Shown here piece by piece: positions 16,069 to 25,410 of a stretch of DNA of 29,589 nt. The notes under the pieces were generated by a model. The model saw only the letters and a list, made by a program, of their open reading frames with translations, had not been told where the DNA came from and did not search any database. This DNA comes from Oscillospiraceae bacterium. GTDB taxonomy: Bacteria > Bacillota > Clostridia > Oscillospirales > Oscillospiraceae. Location: the NCBI GenBank assembly GCA_031272845.1, contig JAISTA010000067.1:1-29589 (forward strand). The letters run 5' to 3'. The first letter of the stretch is position 1. The number at the start of each line of letters is the position of its first letter. Both the position numbers and the translations under genes were made by a program.

Positions 16069-16099
16069 CTATTTCAAAAAAAAGGATACACAAAAAAAC

Positions 16100-16429
16100 A
16101 TGAACAAAAACTTAAACACAGAAAAACGCAATCGGCGCACAAAAAGGCTCCTCGTCCGAATTGGCACCGCCGCCGTTATGGCAACGCTGCTTACGGTGTC
16201 CGCTTTTGCGGCAGACCCCGTGCTGCCTGTACTGGATAATATGACGGATTTCGTTTTCAGCCTTGTCAGAGCGCTCGGCGTTATTATGACTATTGCCGGG
16301 TTTGTGCTTCTTGCAATGTCAGTGTTCCAGCAAGACCCACACCACCGTGCGCAGGGCATAACAGCGCTGATTATAGGGATTGTGATTACTTTTACAAAAG
16401 AAATTTTGCAGGGTATCGGAGCTATATAA
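16100..16429 (+). CDS. VirB2/TrbC-like conjugal pilin precursor
   Basis: Signal-peptide-like N-terminus (..TVSAFAAD) and two hydrophobic helices; lies before the VirB6-like and PrgI genes. Confidence 0.7.
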   Translation: MNKNLNTEKRNRRTKRLLVRIGTAAVMATLLTVSAFAADPVLPVLDNMTDFVFSLVRALGVIMTIAGFVLLAMSVFQQDPHHRAQGITALIIGIVITFTKEILQGIGAI

Positions 16430-16436
16430 ACACACC

Positions 16437-16466
16437 GGCGCGGCGGGAAAACACTCCTGCCGCGCC
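16437..16466. other. GC-rich intergenic stem-loop without U-tract
   Basis: GGCGCGGCGGGA-AAACAC-TCCTGCCGCGCC between the pilin and VirB6-like genes. Confidence 0.6.
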
Positions 16467-16489
16467 GCCGCAAAAAAAGGAGGCACAAT

Positions 16490-17332
16490 GTGTCTACAAT
16501 AGATTTTTTATGGAACACGGTCGAGAGCATAAACAGAGTAATGCAGGAGATATTCGGACTGCTGATGACCTCGCCGCAGGACTTCAAGGGCGGTGCCGTT
16601 TGGTCAACTATGGTGGCGATTAACAATGCATTGCAGCCTGTCGGCTCGGCGCTGTTTGTCATCTTTTTTCTGCTGGGCGCGATGAGGTCAATCTCCTCAG
16701 CCGCTGACGCGCGCCGTCCGGAGACGATTTTCAAGATGTTTATCCGCTTTATTCTGACTAAAACGCTCATCACTCACGGACTCGAAATTCTCCTGACGAT
16801 TATTGCGGTCGCGCAGCAGCTCATCGGCACGGTCATCGGCTATGCGACGGTTAACGTAACCTATGCAGTACCGCCGGAAGTCATAGAGGCGGCGGAGCAT
16901 TCCGGCTTTTTTGGCGGTATTCTCGTGTGGATAGTGGCGCTGCTTGTCTCAATTGTGGCAATTGTGCTGTGCGTTATGATGATAATGACAGTGTACGGCA
17001 GGTTTTTCAAGTTGTACATGTTCATTGCCGTCAGCCCTATACCCTGCGCTTTTGCGGGCGGAGTGAGCACACAAGGCACGACGGTGCAGTTCTTCAAGGA
17101 GTTCGGCGCGGTGTGCTTGCAGGGACTTGTCGTGGTGTTTGCGTTTATTATTTTCGCAACGCTGTCCTCAAGCGGCGCTTTCTTCACCTTCGGGATACTC
17201 GGCGATAATCCGTCTCCGGCGACGTATGTCCTGTCCTATGGCGTTCAGCTCGCGTTTCAGCTGCTGCTGCTCAACACCATGGTTAAAGGCAGCGACTATC
17301 TCGTCAAGCGCATAACCGGACTCGGCGCATAG
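16490..17332 (+). CDS. VirB6-like T4SS polytopic membrane protein
   Basis: Multiple TM helices, YGRFFKLYMFIAVSPIP and FFKEFGAVCLQG; position between pilin and PrgI. GTG start after GGAGG. Confidence 0.8.
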   Translation: MSTIDFLWNTVESINRVMQEIFGLLMTSPQDFKGGAVWSTMVAINNALQPVGSALFVIFFLLGAMRSISSAADARRPETIFKMFIRFILTKTLITHGLEILLTIIAVAQQLIGTVIGYATVNVTYAVPPEVIEAAEHSGFFGGILVWIVALLVSIVAIVLCVMMIMTVYGRFFKLYMFIAVSPIPCAFAGGVSTQGTTVQFFKEFGAVCLQGLVVVFAFIIFATLSSSGAFFTFGILGDNPSPATYVLSYGVQLAFQLLLLNTMVKGSDYLVKRITGLGA

Positions 17333-17342
17333 GAGATACAGT

Positions 17343-17873
17343 ATGCAAAAGTATAAGATCAACAAGGACATCCGCGAATTTGCCGAAAGAATAGGCATTT
17401 TCACGTTGCGGCAGCTCATATTCGTGATTATTGCAGTGATTGCTTCTGTCATAATTTGGTTTGTATTGGGAAGCGCTTCTGCAGACACTAAGTTCTTCTT
17501 TGGAACCCTTGCGGTCGTGCCGATCGGCGCGATGTGCTTTGTCAAGTATAACGGAATGCCCGCCGAGGCAATCATCCTTGCCGCAATAAAATTCGAGTTT
17601 CTGACAATGCACAAGCTCGTGTACAAATCCGGCAACGCCCGGCGCGAAGCACGTACAGCCGCTGTCGCAAGGAATCTCAATGCGGACATCGAGGATGAGC
17701 GCCCGAAAAAAGAATCGCCGGTTTTGGGGAAGCTGCGGAAATGGCTGCACTCGCGCGGGCAGATAATTTCGCAGGAGCTAATCCCTGCCGTCAAAACCAC
17801 GGCGCACGGCTTCAAGGACAAGCTACTTGGCGTTTGGCACAAAATATTCAAAAGAGGTAAGAAAAATGACTAA
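17343..17873 (+). CDS. prgI: PrgI family protein (VirB3-like)
   Basis: INKDIREF..GIFTLRQLIF, two TM helices and KYNGMPAE; directly upstream of VirB4. Confidence 0.85.
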   Translation: MQKYKINKDIREFAERIGIFTLRQLIFVIIAVIASVIIWFVLGSASADTKFFFGTLAVVPIGAMCFVKYNGMPAEAIILAAIKFEFLTMHKLVYKSGNARREARTAAVARNLNADIEDERPKKESPVLGKLRKWLHSRGQIISQELIPAVKTTAHGFKDKLLGVWHKIFKRGKKND

Positions 17874-20268
17874 AGGATTGAAAGCCGCAAGGCGGGAAAA
17901 CAAAACCCGGCTTCGCGGTACAAGGTGCGCGCAGGATTTAGTCCCCGCGCTTCAGGTGTATGAGGACGGGATTTTCCTGCTTCCCGGCGGCAGCAATGCC
18001 GGACGCAGATACTCCAAAACGTGGCGGTATCAGGACATCAATTTCTCCTACGCGGCACCCGAAATAAAGGCGCACATACTGTCGCAGTACTGCGCCCTGC
18101 TGAACGCTATGGATGTCACCTCGACATACAAGCTCACAATTAACTCTCACAAGATGGACAGGGTGGACTTTGAGCAGAATGTGCTGCTCAAGTCCCGTAA
18201 CGACGCGTACAACCAATACCGTGACGACTACAACGGTATGCTTGAGCTGCGCGTTGCCGAAACGTCCGGAGTGGTGCAAGACAAATACTTAACTGTCGCT
18301 ACCACAAGGAAAACACTCGACGACGCCCGCGCATACTTTGCGAGGGCAAAAACTTCGCTCAATACGCACTTTCAGCTGCTCGGCACACAGCTTGAGGAGC
18401 TTACGGCGGGCGACCGGCTTAAGGTCTTCCACGACTTTTTTAACGCCGGCGCTGAAACGCAGTTTCGCTACAACGCGGAGGACGCCAAAGCGCGCGGATA
18501 CAGCTTTAAGGAGGCAATTTGCCCCGAATACGCCGAGCTTGGCCGCAGTTACTTCCGGCTCGGCGAGCGATGGGGGCGCGTGCTGTTTCTCCGGGATTAC
18601 GCGACATTTTTGTCTGATGAGTTTATAGCGCAGCTGTCGAGCCTCAACCGCAACATGATGATTTCAATCGACATTGTGCCGGAATGCAAGGAAGAGGCAA
18701 TTAAGCTTGCCGAAAGCCGTATGCTCGCAATGAGCAAGAACAGAATCAATTATCTGCAAAAGGCGCAAAACAGAAAAGACTACTCACAGAACGTCCCTTA
18801 TTACATGGAGCAGCAGAACAGCGCCGCGCAGGAGTTTATGGACGACCTTGCAAACCGCAACCAGAACATGTTCTACGCGACTGTTACTTGCGTCATCACC
18901 TCCGAAACAAAAGAGCAGCTTGACGCCGACACGGAAGCGCTCAAGTCTGTCGCGCAGGAATACCTGTGCCGGCTGGGCGTTCTCGGCTTACAGCAGCTGG
19001 AGGGCTTGAACACGGTGCTGCCGTGGGGCATGATGTCGGTTGCTGTTGACCGCACGCTGACGACCGAAAGCCTTATGGTGCTGTCGCCTTTCAAGGTGCA
19101 GGATATTGTTCACAAGAACGGAATCTATTACGGGCAGAACGCTGTGAGCCACAATATGATACTCATTGACGGCACGGTGTTTCCAAACGCAAACGGCATG
19201 GTTTTAGGTATTCCCGGCGCGGGCAAGAGCTTCCTTGTTAAGGAAAAGGTGTCTGAGCAAATGCTCGCGACCGACGCCGACATTATCATCATTGACCCGG
19301 AGCGCGAGTATTCGGAGCTTGTACGCGCCCTTGGCGGAGATATTGCGGCAATCTCGGCCGCGTCCGCTATCCACATTAACGCAATGGATATGGCGGAGAA
19401 TTACGGAGTGGATAACGAGGCGGACTTTAACGCGCCGATTCACGTAAAGGCAAAAAAGGCGCTTACCAAAAAAGTTGCGTTCCTGCTGTCTCTTTGCGAG
19501 CAGTTCGTCGGCGGCGAACAAGCAGTCGGCGCGGCGGAGCGAACGCTAATCGACCGCGCCTGCGTTCAGGTATACAAGGCGTACATCGATTCCGGCTTTA
19601 CAATCGAACCGCCGACGCTTGCGGACTTCAACGAAACGCTTAACGGCTTTCCTGAGCCGGAGGCAAAACAGCTTGCCCTCAAGCTCGGCTCTTTCACGAC
19701 CGGCACGCTTGCGGCATTTTCCTACCAAACGAACGTGAATACAGACAGCCGCCTTTTGTGCTACGACATTCACGACCTCGAATCCTCCCTGATGTCGCAC
19801 GGATTGCTTGTCATTTTGGACGGTATCATCAACCGAATCGCGCGCAACCGCGCAAACGGACGCAGGACGTACATTTACATCGACGAAATTTACCTGCTTT
19901 TTAAGTACGATTATTCGGCTGAGTTTCTGTCGGAATTGTGGAAGCGCGTGCGCAAATATAACGCGGCGGCAATCGGCATAACGCAGAACGTGTCGGACAT
20001 TTTGCAGTCGCCCTATGCCGAGAAGATGTTCAACAACTCTCAAATCATCACAATGCTCGCGCAATCGCCGCTTGACCTTGACAAGCTCGCCGACATCCTC
20101 AAGCTGTCCGACGCGCAGACGGCGTACCTCGAAAATCCCGCACCCGGAAGCGGATTGCTGAAGGTCGGCAGTGCCGTAATACCTTTTACAAACGATTTCC
20201 CACGGGATACGAAGCTGTACGCGCTGATGTCCACGAAACCCGGCGAAACGTTGACCGTTGCGGTGTAA
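17866..20268 (+). CDS. virB4: VirB4-like conjugative transfer ATPase
   Basis: Walker A GIPGAGKS, IIDPEREY, Walker B YIYIDEIY, KRVRKYN, ITQNVSD. RBS AGAGGT before ATG 17866. Confidence 0.93.
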   Translation: MTKGLKAARRENKTRLRGTRCAQDLVPALQVYEDGIFLLPGGSNAGRRYSKTWRYQDINFSYAAPEIKAHILSQYCALLNAMDVTSTYKLTINSHKMDRVDFEQNVLLKSRNDAYNQYRDDYNGMLELRVAETSGVVQDKYLTVATTRKTLDDARAYFARAKTSLNTHFQLLGTQLEELTAGDRLKVFHDFFNAGAETQFRYNAEDAKARGYSFKEAICPEYAELGRSYFRLGERWGRVLFLRDYATFLSDEFIAQLSSLNRNMMISIDIVPECKEEAIKLAESRMLAMSKNRINYLQKAQNRKDYSQNVPYYMEQQNSAAQEFMDDLANRNQNMFYATVTCVITSETKEQLDADTEALKSVAQEYLCRLGVLGLQQLEGLNTVLPWGMMSVAVDRTLTTESLMVLSPFKVQDIVHKNGIYYGQNAVSHNMILIDGTVFPNANGMVLGIPGAGKSFLVKEKVSEQMLATDADIIIIDPEREYSELVRALGGDIAAISAASAIHINAMDMAENYGVDNEADFNAPIHVKAKKALTKKVAFLLSLCEQFVGGEQAVGAAERTLIDRACVQVYKAYIDSGFTIEPPTLADFNETLNGFPEPEAKQLALKLGSFTTGTLAAFSYQTNVNTDSRLLCYDIHDLESSLMSHGLLVILDGIINRIARNRANGRRTYIYIDEIYLLFKYDYSAEFLSELWKRVRKYNAAAIGITQNVSDILQSPYAEKMFNNSQIITMLAQSPLDLDKLADILKLSDAQTAYLENPAPGSGLLKVGSAVIPFTNDFPRDTKLYALMSTKPGETLTVAV

Positions 20269-20294
20269 GCGCAAACAGGAGATCAACACAGGCT

Positions 20295-21158
20295 ATGGAG
20301 ATTATAATTTTAATATTAGTTTTAACGTCGCCGTTTATCCTTGTCGTTTTTGGGATTATGACGGATGTTTGCGAAGACATTTCGCGCTACAGGCGGCGCC
20401 CGCTGTCGCGCTTCGCCGAAGCGCAGGGCGGCGGCGTGTACGAGCGCGCCCTGTCGGAGCTGCGTGCCGGGTGCAAGCAGACCCACTGGATGTGGTTCGT
20501 CTTCCCGCAGCTCTCCGGGTTTGGCGACTCTCGCCCTGCGCGGATATACGGCATTCACGACTTAGACGAGGCCTCCGCTTACCTTGCGGACGGCGTTCTC
20601 GGCGCGCGTCTGCGCGAGTGCTGCGCGGCGCTGCTGGCGCTGAAAACGAGCGACCCGCGCGCGGTGTTCGGCTCGCCTGCCGACCTCAAGCTGCGCTCCT
20701 GTATGACGCTTTTTGACTACGCAACGCCGTATGAGCCGCTGTTTGACGCAGTGCTGGAGAAGTTTTTCGGCGCAAGGGCTTGCTATGAAACGGAGCGCCG
20801 CCTTGCGCGGCGCGGCGAGCTTTCCTGCGACGGACTGCCGCGCGGCGAGTTTCCCGCGTGGCAGTGCGAAAAGGCGTTTGACCCCGCCGGAAACGGTGCG
20901 GCGTTTGTTAAGCCCGGCTGCTACCGCCCGAACTGCAGCGCAATTGCGGACAGGACAAGCGGCTGCGATTCTGATTGCCCGGTCAACGGCGCGCGCACCC
21001 ACGGCGACTGCATGAAAAAGGATTGCAGGGAGCCAGGCTGTCCGTACAGCGTGTACGCGCGGCGTGAGGAAGAACAGTGCCGTGAGCGCCGCGCAGCGCG
21101 TGCGTATAGCGCGGTGGTCAAGCGCGTGCGCAGCGGACAAAAGGCGGCGTGGCAATGA
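20295..21158 (+). CDS. DUF1810 domain protein with N-terminal TM anchor and Cys-rich C-terminal extension
   Basis: DUF1810 signatures YERALSELRAG.KQTHWMWFVFPQL, YLADGVLGARL and LKLRSCMTLF; hydrophobic first ~21 aa; 10 Cys in the C-terminal ~110 aa. Confidence 0.8.
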   Translation: MEIIILILVLTSPFILVVFGIMTDVCEDISRYRRRPLSRFAEAQGGGVYERALSELRAGCKQTHWMWFVFPQLSGFGDSRPARIYGIHDLDEASAYLADGVLGARLRECCAALLALKTSDPRAVFGSPADLKLRSCMTLFDYATPYEPLFDAVLEKFFGARACYETERRLARRGELSCDGLPRGEFPAWQCEKAFDPAGNGAAFVKPGCYRPNCSAIADRTSGCDSDCPVNGARTHGDCMKKDCREPGCPYSVYARREEEQCRERRAARAYSAVVKRVRSGQKAAWQ

Positions 21159-21916
21159 AAAAACTATCCCGCACTCTCCTCATCATCTCCCTCGCCGCCG
21201 TGCTTCTCGGCGGCTTTTTTCTTGCCCGCGAGCTGCGCGAGACGGCTGCGGCTAAAAACGGGTTTGCTACGCTTGCGCAAGAGGTCGCGGCGGCGCGAGA
21301 CCTCCCATCAGGCGCGCCGGACACATCAGACGTGCTGCCGGAGTACGCCGCGCTGGCGGACAACCCGGAGTGGTTCGGGTGGCTCCGCGTCCCCGGCACG
21401 GCGATTGACTACCCGGTAATGCAGTCGCCGTCGCGCCCGGATTATTACCTCAACCACGGCTCAGACGGCGCGCCGCTGCGCTCCGGCACTCCCTACGCGG
21501 AGGAGTACAACACCTACGACAGCGACAACATCACGGTGTACGGACACCGTATGCGCGCGGGCGCGCTGTTTTCTGACCTCGGCAAGTACAACAAAAAGGA
21601 CTTTTGGCAGCAGCACAGCATTATCCTTTTTGACACGCGCACGGAGCGCCGCGAGTACGAGATACTTGCCGTGTTCAAGGAAAATGTGTACGAGACGGAT
21701 ACATTCCGCTACTGGGAGTTCTCTTCGGCGATAACAGTTGCTGAGTTCGACGAGTTCGCGGCGCAATGCCGCACACGGTCGCTGTATGACACGGGCGTGA
21801 CCACAAGCTACGGTGACAAGCTGATTACACTCTCCACCTGCGACAAAAAGAGCTACAGGCTCGTTGTGGTCGGAGTGTGGCACAGCGCAGAAACAAAAAC
21901 GCAAAGCGCACGGTGA
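21155..21916 (+). CDS. srtB: Class B sortase
   Basis: GWLRVPGTAIDYPVMQ, YGHRM, LFSDL, EILAVF, catalytic TLSTC followed by RLVVVG; N-terminal TM; ATGA coupling. Confidence 0.9.
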   Translation: MKKLSRTLLIISLAAVLLGGFFLARELRETAAAKNGFATLAQEVAAARDLPSGAPDTSDVLPEYAALADNPEWFGWLRVPGTAIDYPVMQSPSRPDYYLNHGSDGAPLRSGTPYAEEYNTYDSDNITVYGHRMRAGALFSDLGKYNKKDFWQQHSIILFDTRTERREYEILAVFKENVYETDTFRYWEFSSAITVAEFDEFAAQCRTRSLYDTGVTTSYGDKLITLSTCDKKSYRLVVVGVWHSAETKTQSAR

Positions 21917-22018
21917 CAACCCGTGCGCTTTGCGTTAACAAAATAAGTACTTTGTAGTATACACAATCACCAGCCAAAATGCAAGCAAATTCTTGCATTT
22001 TCTCATTAACAAAATAAG
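21903..22018 (+). promoter_or_regulatory. repA upstream control region (hairpin, putative promoter, direct and inverted repeats)
   Basis: Hairpin AAAGCGCACGG/CCGTGCGCTTT (21903-31); TTAACA-17bp-TATACA; 13-bp direct repeat TTAACAAAATAAG (21935-47, 22006-18); inverted repeat AAAATGCAAG/CTTGCATTTT (~21976-22001). Confidence 0.55.
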
Positions 22019-22028
22019 GAAAATAACT

Positions 22029-22967
22029 ATGAATCACACGCCATATGAGTACCACTACGGCAACGAAGCCGACCAGTACACATTCTATCGTTTGCCAAAA
22101 GCCTTGTTTACAAATCCGCGCTTTAAGAGTCTGTCTGACGGCGCAAAGCTTTTGTATGGGCTTATGCTCGACCGGATGAGCCTTTCTATGAAAAACGAGT
22201 GGCTCGACAAAGATAACAAGGTATTTATCATTTTCACGCTTGAAGAAGCGCAGGAATATATGGGCTGCAAGCACGAAAAAGCCGTTAAAATGTTTGCCGA
22301 GCTTGATATGGATAAGGGCGTGGGCTTGATTGAACGCCGCAAGCAGGGGCAAGGCAAGCCGACGATAATTTATGTTCTAAAGTTTGTTGATACGGCAGAA
22401 GTCAAGACTTCGGAAAAACAGAAGTCCAGACTTCCGAAAATCGGAAGTCAAGACTTCTGCTTTTCGGACGCAAGTAATAATAATATAAATAAAACTGATT
22501 TGAGTGATTTTTATGATGGTGATGATGATGACGCGCGCGCGGACGAAAAACCGGAAAATCGCGAAAAACAGCCTGCGGCTGAATTACCGCCCGAAGAAAA
22601 AATGCAATCGGACGAATCGGCAAGCCTTGCCGCGTTCCCGCCGCTGCCGCCGGACGCGATAGCGACAGCCGGCACCGAGGCGGAGCGATTATTCGCCAAC
22701 CACACCGACCGCCGCCCTGCAAAGCCGGACATTGACCGCGTTGCGGGTAAGGTTTTCGTGTTTGACTGCGCCGACCCGCCGCGCTGGGTGTTGCAGAAAG
22801 ACCGGCTCGACCTGCTTGAATACGCCGTTGACGCTGCCTTTGCGGCGGGAGAGCCGGGCAAGTGGAGCTACATAGACGGAATCCTCGACAAGCTCGAGGA
22901 GCGAGGAATAAGAACGCTGGCAGACGCGCACAGATACGACGCGCTGCGGCACAAAACAGGAGATTAA
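22029..22967 (+). CDS. repA: Replication initiator protein A (RepA_N) with DnaD/DnaB_2-like C-terminus
   Basis: FYRLPKALF..LSDGAKLLYGLMLDRMSLS..W.DKDNKVFIIFT..GLIERRKQGQGKPTIIYV; C-terminal WSYIDGILDKLEERGIRTL. Confidence 0.9.
   Translation: MNHTPYEYHYGNEADQYTFYRLPKALFTNPRFKSLSDGAKLLYGLMLDRMSLSMKNEWLDKDNKVFIIFTLEEAQEYMGCKHEKAVKMFAELDMDKGVGLIERRKQGQGKPTIIYVLKFVDTAEVKTSEKQKSRLPKIGSQDFCFSDASNNNINKTDLSDFYDGDDDDARADEKPENREKQPAAELPPEEKMQSDESASLAAFPPLPPDAIATAGTEAERLFANHTDRRPAKPDIDRVAGKVFVFDCADPPRWVLQKDRLDLLEYAVDAAFAAGEPGKWSYIDGILDKLEERGIRTLADAHRYDALRHKTGD
22398..22457. repeat. Three palindromic 14-bp iterons at 23-bp spacing inside repA (candidate oriV)
   Basis: GAAGTCAAGACTTC (22398-411), GAAGTCCAGACTTC (22421-34), GAAGTCAAGACTTC (22444-57), followed by an AT-rich tract. 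RepA_N replicons characteristically carry the origin within repA. Confidence 0.8.
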
Positions 22968-22970
22968 GCT

Positions 22971-24809
22971 ATGGCATTCAAGACACAATCAGACACACCG
23001 GGTTCCGAGACCCACGCGGCGGAGAGCCTCACCCACGGCGCAAAGGACGCTGCTCTGGCGGCGGGACGCGCTACCGAAAAAGCTGCGCACCAATTCAAAA
23101 CTGCACAGTCTGCGTTCGCACCGAAGGTCGAGCCTAACGCAACGAGCTTCAAGACCGCCGCGCCGATGGGCGCGGCAAAGAAGACTGCTGGCGCGGCGGC
23201 GGGCGCGGGACGGCTTGCACAAGACGCGCTTATGAAAGCTAACTCGTCAGCTCAAAGCGCGGACTATAGCGGCTCATCAGACGAAAGCGACGCGGCCGAC
23301 AGCCTTGTCGGTTACGGCAAACGCGGCGCGCAAACGGCGGTTCGCGGTGCGGCGTGGAGCGCGGATAAACTCAAGAACAAAGCCGGGAACAAGCTCCAAA
23401 ACGCGGCGATGAAGAAAGCGCAGCAGGGCGGCTTTAAGGCGGCTAAATCCGCGGGAAAAGGCGCGCAGGCCGGCTTCAAAACCACCCAAGGTGTCGGTAA
23501 AACAGCACAAACAGCCGGCAAAACCGCACAAGCCGGCGGCAAGGCAGCCGTGCAGACCGCGCAAACTTCGGCAAAGCTCGCCCAACGCGCGGCGCAGGCG
23601 GCGGCACACGCCGCAAAAGCCGCCGCCAAGGCCGCACAGGCTGCCGCAAAAGCGGTTGCCGCTGCTGTCAAAGCGGCCGTCGCGGCGATACAGAGCGTTG
23701 CGGCCTTAATCGCCGCAGCGGGAATTCCCGCGCTTATCATCATTTGCGCGATTGCGCTGCTCGGCGCGATTATTGGCTTTGTGGCGTGGTTTACGGGCAA
23801 TGACTCCGACGACACCGCCGCGCTGCAAACTGCCGTGCAGGAAATAAACGCTGACTACAACACGAAAATCTCGGAGCTTCGAAACGAAGCGGGCGATTAT
23901 GACGCTTACGAGCTGCGCGGCGGAGCTGTTGCGTGGAAAGACGTGCTGGCGGTCTATCTTGTCCTTCAGGAGTCGGCGTACGACAATCCGGGTGACGATG
24001 AATTTGCCCCAAAAGATGTGTTTTTTGGAGAGGACAGCAAAGCGACGCTCTCTGAAATCTTTTGGGAAATGAACAAAATCTCGCATACATTAAGCGAGAA
24101 AACCGTAAAAAAAGAAGTCCCTGTGCTGAACGAGGAGGGCAGGCAAATTCGTGACGCTGACGGCAATCCGGTGACGACAATTGTCGAGGTCACGGAGGTC
24201 ACGCTCGTCATCACGGTGTGGCATGAGGACGCAATGAGTTACGCTTTTACGCACGGCTTCACCATTGAGCAGCGTCTCCGGCTTGCCGAGCTGCTGTCCC
24301 CTGACTACGGCGAGCTGTGGCGCATGGTGCTTTACGGTTTCGGCGGCGGCGCGGGCGACATTGTGGCGGTTGCGCTCGCGCAGGTCGGCAACACCGGCGG
24401 CACTTACTGGACGTGGTACGGCTACGGCTACGCGGTCAATTGGTGCGTTATTTTTGTCAGCTGGTGCGCGAATGCGTGCGGCTACATCGACAGCGACGTT
24501 TTGTCTAAACAGCAGAACGCGAACGCGGCTGCTGCGTGGTTCATCGAGCGCGGACAGTGGCACGTGTCGGGCTACGAAAATCCCGGCGGCTACGAACCAA
24601 AGCCCGGCGACATCATCTTTTATGATTGGGACAGGAGTAATTCCGACCCGTACGAACACGTCGCGATTGTCGAGCGCTATGAGGACGGGCGGGTGTACAC
24701 CGTCGGCGGCAACCAGGGCAGCTCCGACGCGGCGGGCAACCACGTGACGCAGGGTTCGATTGGGATTAACGACGCACGGATTCGCGGGTACGGCGTGCCG
24801 GCGTATTGA
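22971..24809 (+). CDS. Conjugative cell-wall hydrolase (VirB1 analogue) with C-terminal CHAP domain
   Basis: Ala/Lys-rich N-terminus, central TM, WKDVLAVY, and CHAP motifs NWCVIFVSWCA, KPGDIIFYDWD and HVAIVE. Confidence 0.9.
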   Translation: MAFKTQSDTPGSETHAAESLTHGAKDAALAAGRATEKAAHQFKTAQSAFAPKVEPNATSFKTAAPMGAAKKTAGAAAGAGRLAQDALMKANSSAQSADYSGSSDESDAADSLVGYGKRGAQTAVRGAAWSADKLKNKAGNKLQNAAMKKAQQGGFKAAKSAGKGAQAGFKTTQGVGKTAQTAGKTAQAGGKAAVQTAQTSAKLAQRAAQAAAHAAKAAAKAAQAAAKAVAAAVKAAVAAIQSVAALIAAAGIPALIIICAIALLGAIIGFVAWFTGNDSDDTAALQTAVQEINADYNTKISELRNEAGDYDAYELRGGAVAWKDVLAVYLVLQESAYDNPGDDEFAPKDVFFGEDSKATLSEIFWEMNKISHTLSEKTVKKEVPVLNEEGRQIRDADGNPVTTIVEVTEVTLVITVWHEDAMSYAFTHGFTIEQRLRLAELLSPDYGELWRMVLYGFGGGAGDIVAVALAQVGNTGGTYWTWYGYGYAVNWCVIFVSWCANACGYIDSDVLSKQQNANAAAAWFIERGQWHVSGYENPGGYEPKPGDIIFYDWDRSNSDPYEHVAIVERYEDGRVYTVGGNQGSSDAAGNHVTQGSIGINDARIRGYGVPAY

Positions 24810-24856
24810 GGCGGTGCGGACAAAACACAATAATATTGATACATAGGGAGAAAACA

Positions 24857-25300
24857 ATGGATACTGAAACACAAAAGCTATATGAGTATGCGATGAAGCC
24901 GCTGCGCGAGACGGCTTGTCGCGCAGCAATCCCCAATGAGTTGTTAAGACGCGCCGAAAACGCGCTTGATTGCGCTGGACAATTCCTTGCGAGTATGTTA
25001 TTATCTCAGCGAGGCGATATTCAGATTTAAGAAATACCGTATGAACTGCGAAGAGGCAACAAAACTATTTGGGCGTGTGCTGTTCGCGCAATACGAAACA
25101 GCGTTCCGGAGCGTCTTGCCGAAATCTTCAAGCTGCGCTGGAGTGACATTTGCAATTCAAAGACATCACCTACCGAAAAAGAAACGCTGATTTCTGTGGT
25201 GTTTTACATCGTAAGCACTTACGCAAAAGATAACAATTATGTTCGGCAGTTATGGCAAGAACTCTGCGACGCTGTCGGATTAGATGAGCGAAGCGATTAG
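24857..25300 (+). pseudogene. Hypothetical ~147-codon gene interrupted by one in-frame TAA (25028-25030)
   Basis: RBS AGGGAG before ATG 24857. After the TAA the same frame continues 89 sense codons (EIPYELRRGNKTIW...CDAVGLDERSD) to TAG 25298-300, directly before a terminator-like hairpin. Confidence 0.6.
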
Positions 25301-25313
25301 CAACCCGCGTGGG

Positions 25314-25356
25314 CGCGGCAGGCAGAAAAACTCTGTCTGCCGCGTCCTCTTTTTTT
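25314..25356 (+). terminator. Terminator-like hairpin at the apparent right end of the mobile gene block
   Basis: CGCGGCAGGCAGA-AAAAC-TCTGTCTGCCGCG, then TCCTC and a T7 run. Confidence 0.65.
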
Positions 25357-25410
25357 GTTTGTCGGCTCACAGGGTTTTCTTTCGCGCTGTGAAAGCGTCA
25401 GTGTTTATTA

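Larger units (their letters stand above)
1..25356 (+). mobile_element. Firmicute conjugative element (ICE or integrated conjugative plasmid), partial; left end outside window, right end uncertain
   Basis: Co-oriented relaxase, MobC, VirD4, VirB2/B3/B4/B6-like, CHAP hydrolase, sortase/adhesin, RepA_N and ArdC-like genes, followed by housekeeping-type genes. No integrase or att site seen. Confidence 0.88.

Noticed and set aside
19546-20289. 247-aa minus-strand ORF and other antisense ORFs within virB4, virD4, relaxase and CHAP
   Set aside because: Antisense shadows of strongly supported genes.
23440-23700. Imperfect short tandem repeats (GKTAQ.., AAK..) in the CHAP gene
   Set aside because: Ordinary low-complexity Ala/Lys coding region typical of these conjugative hydrolases; no exact nucleotide periodicity.
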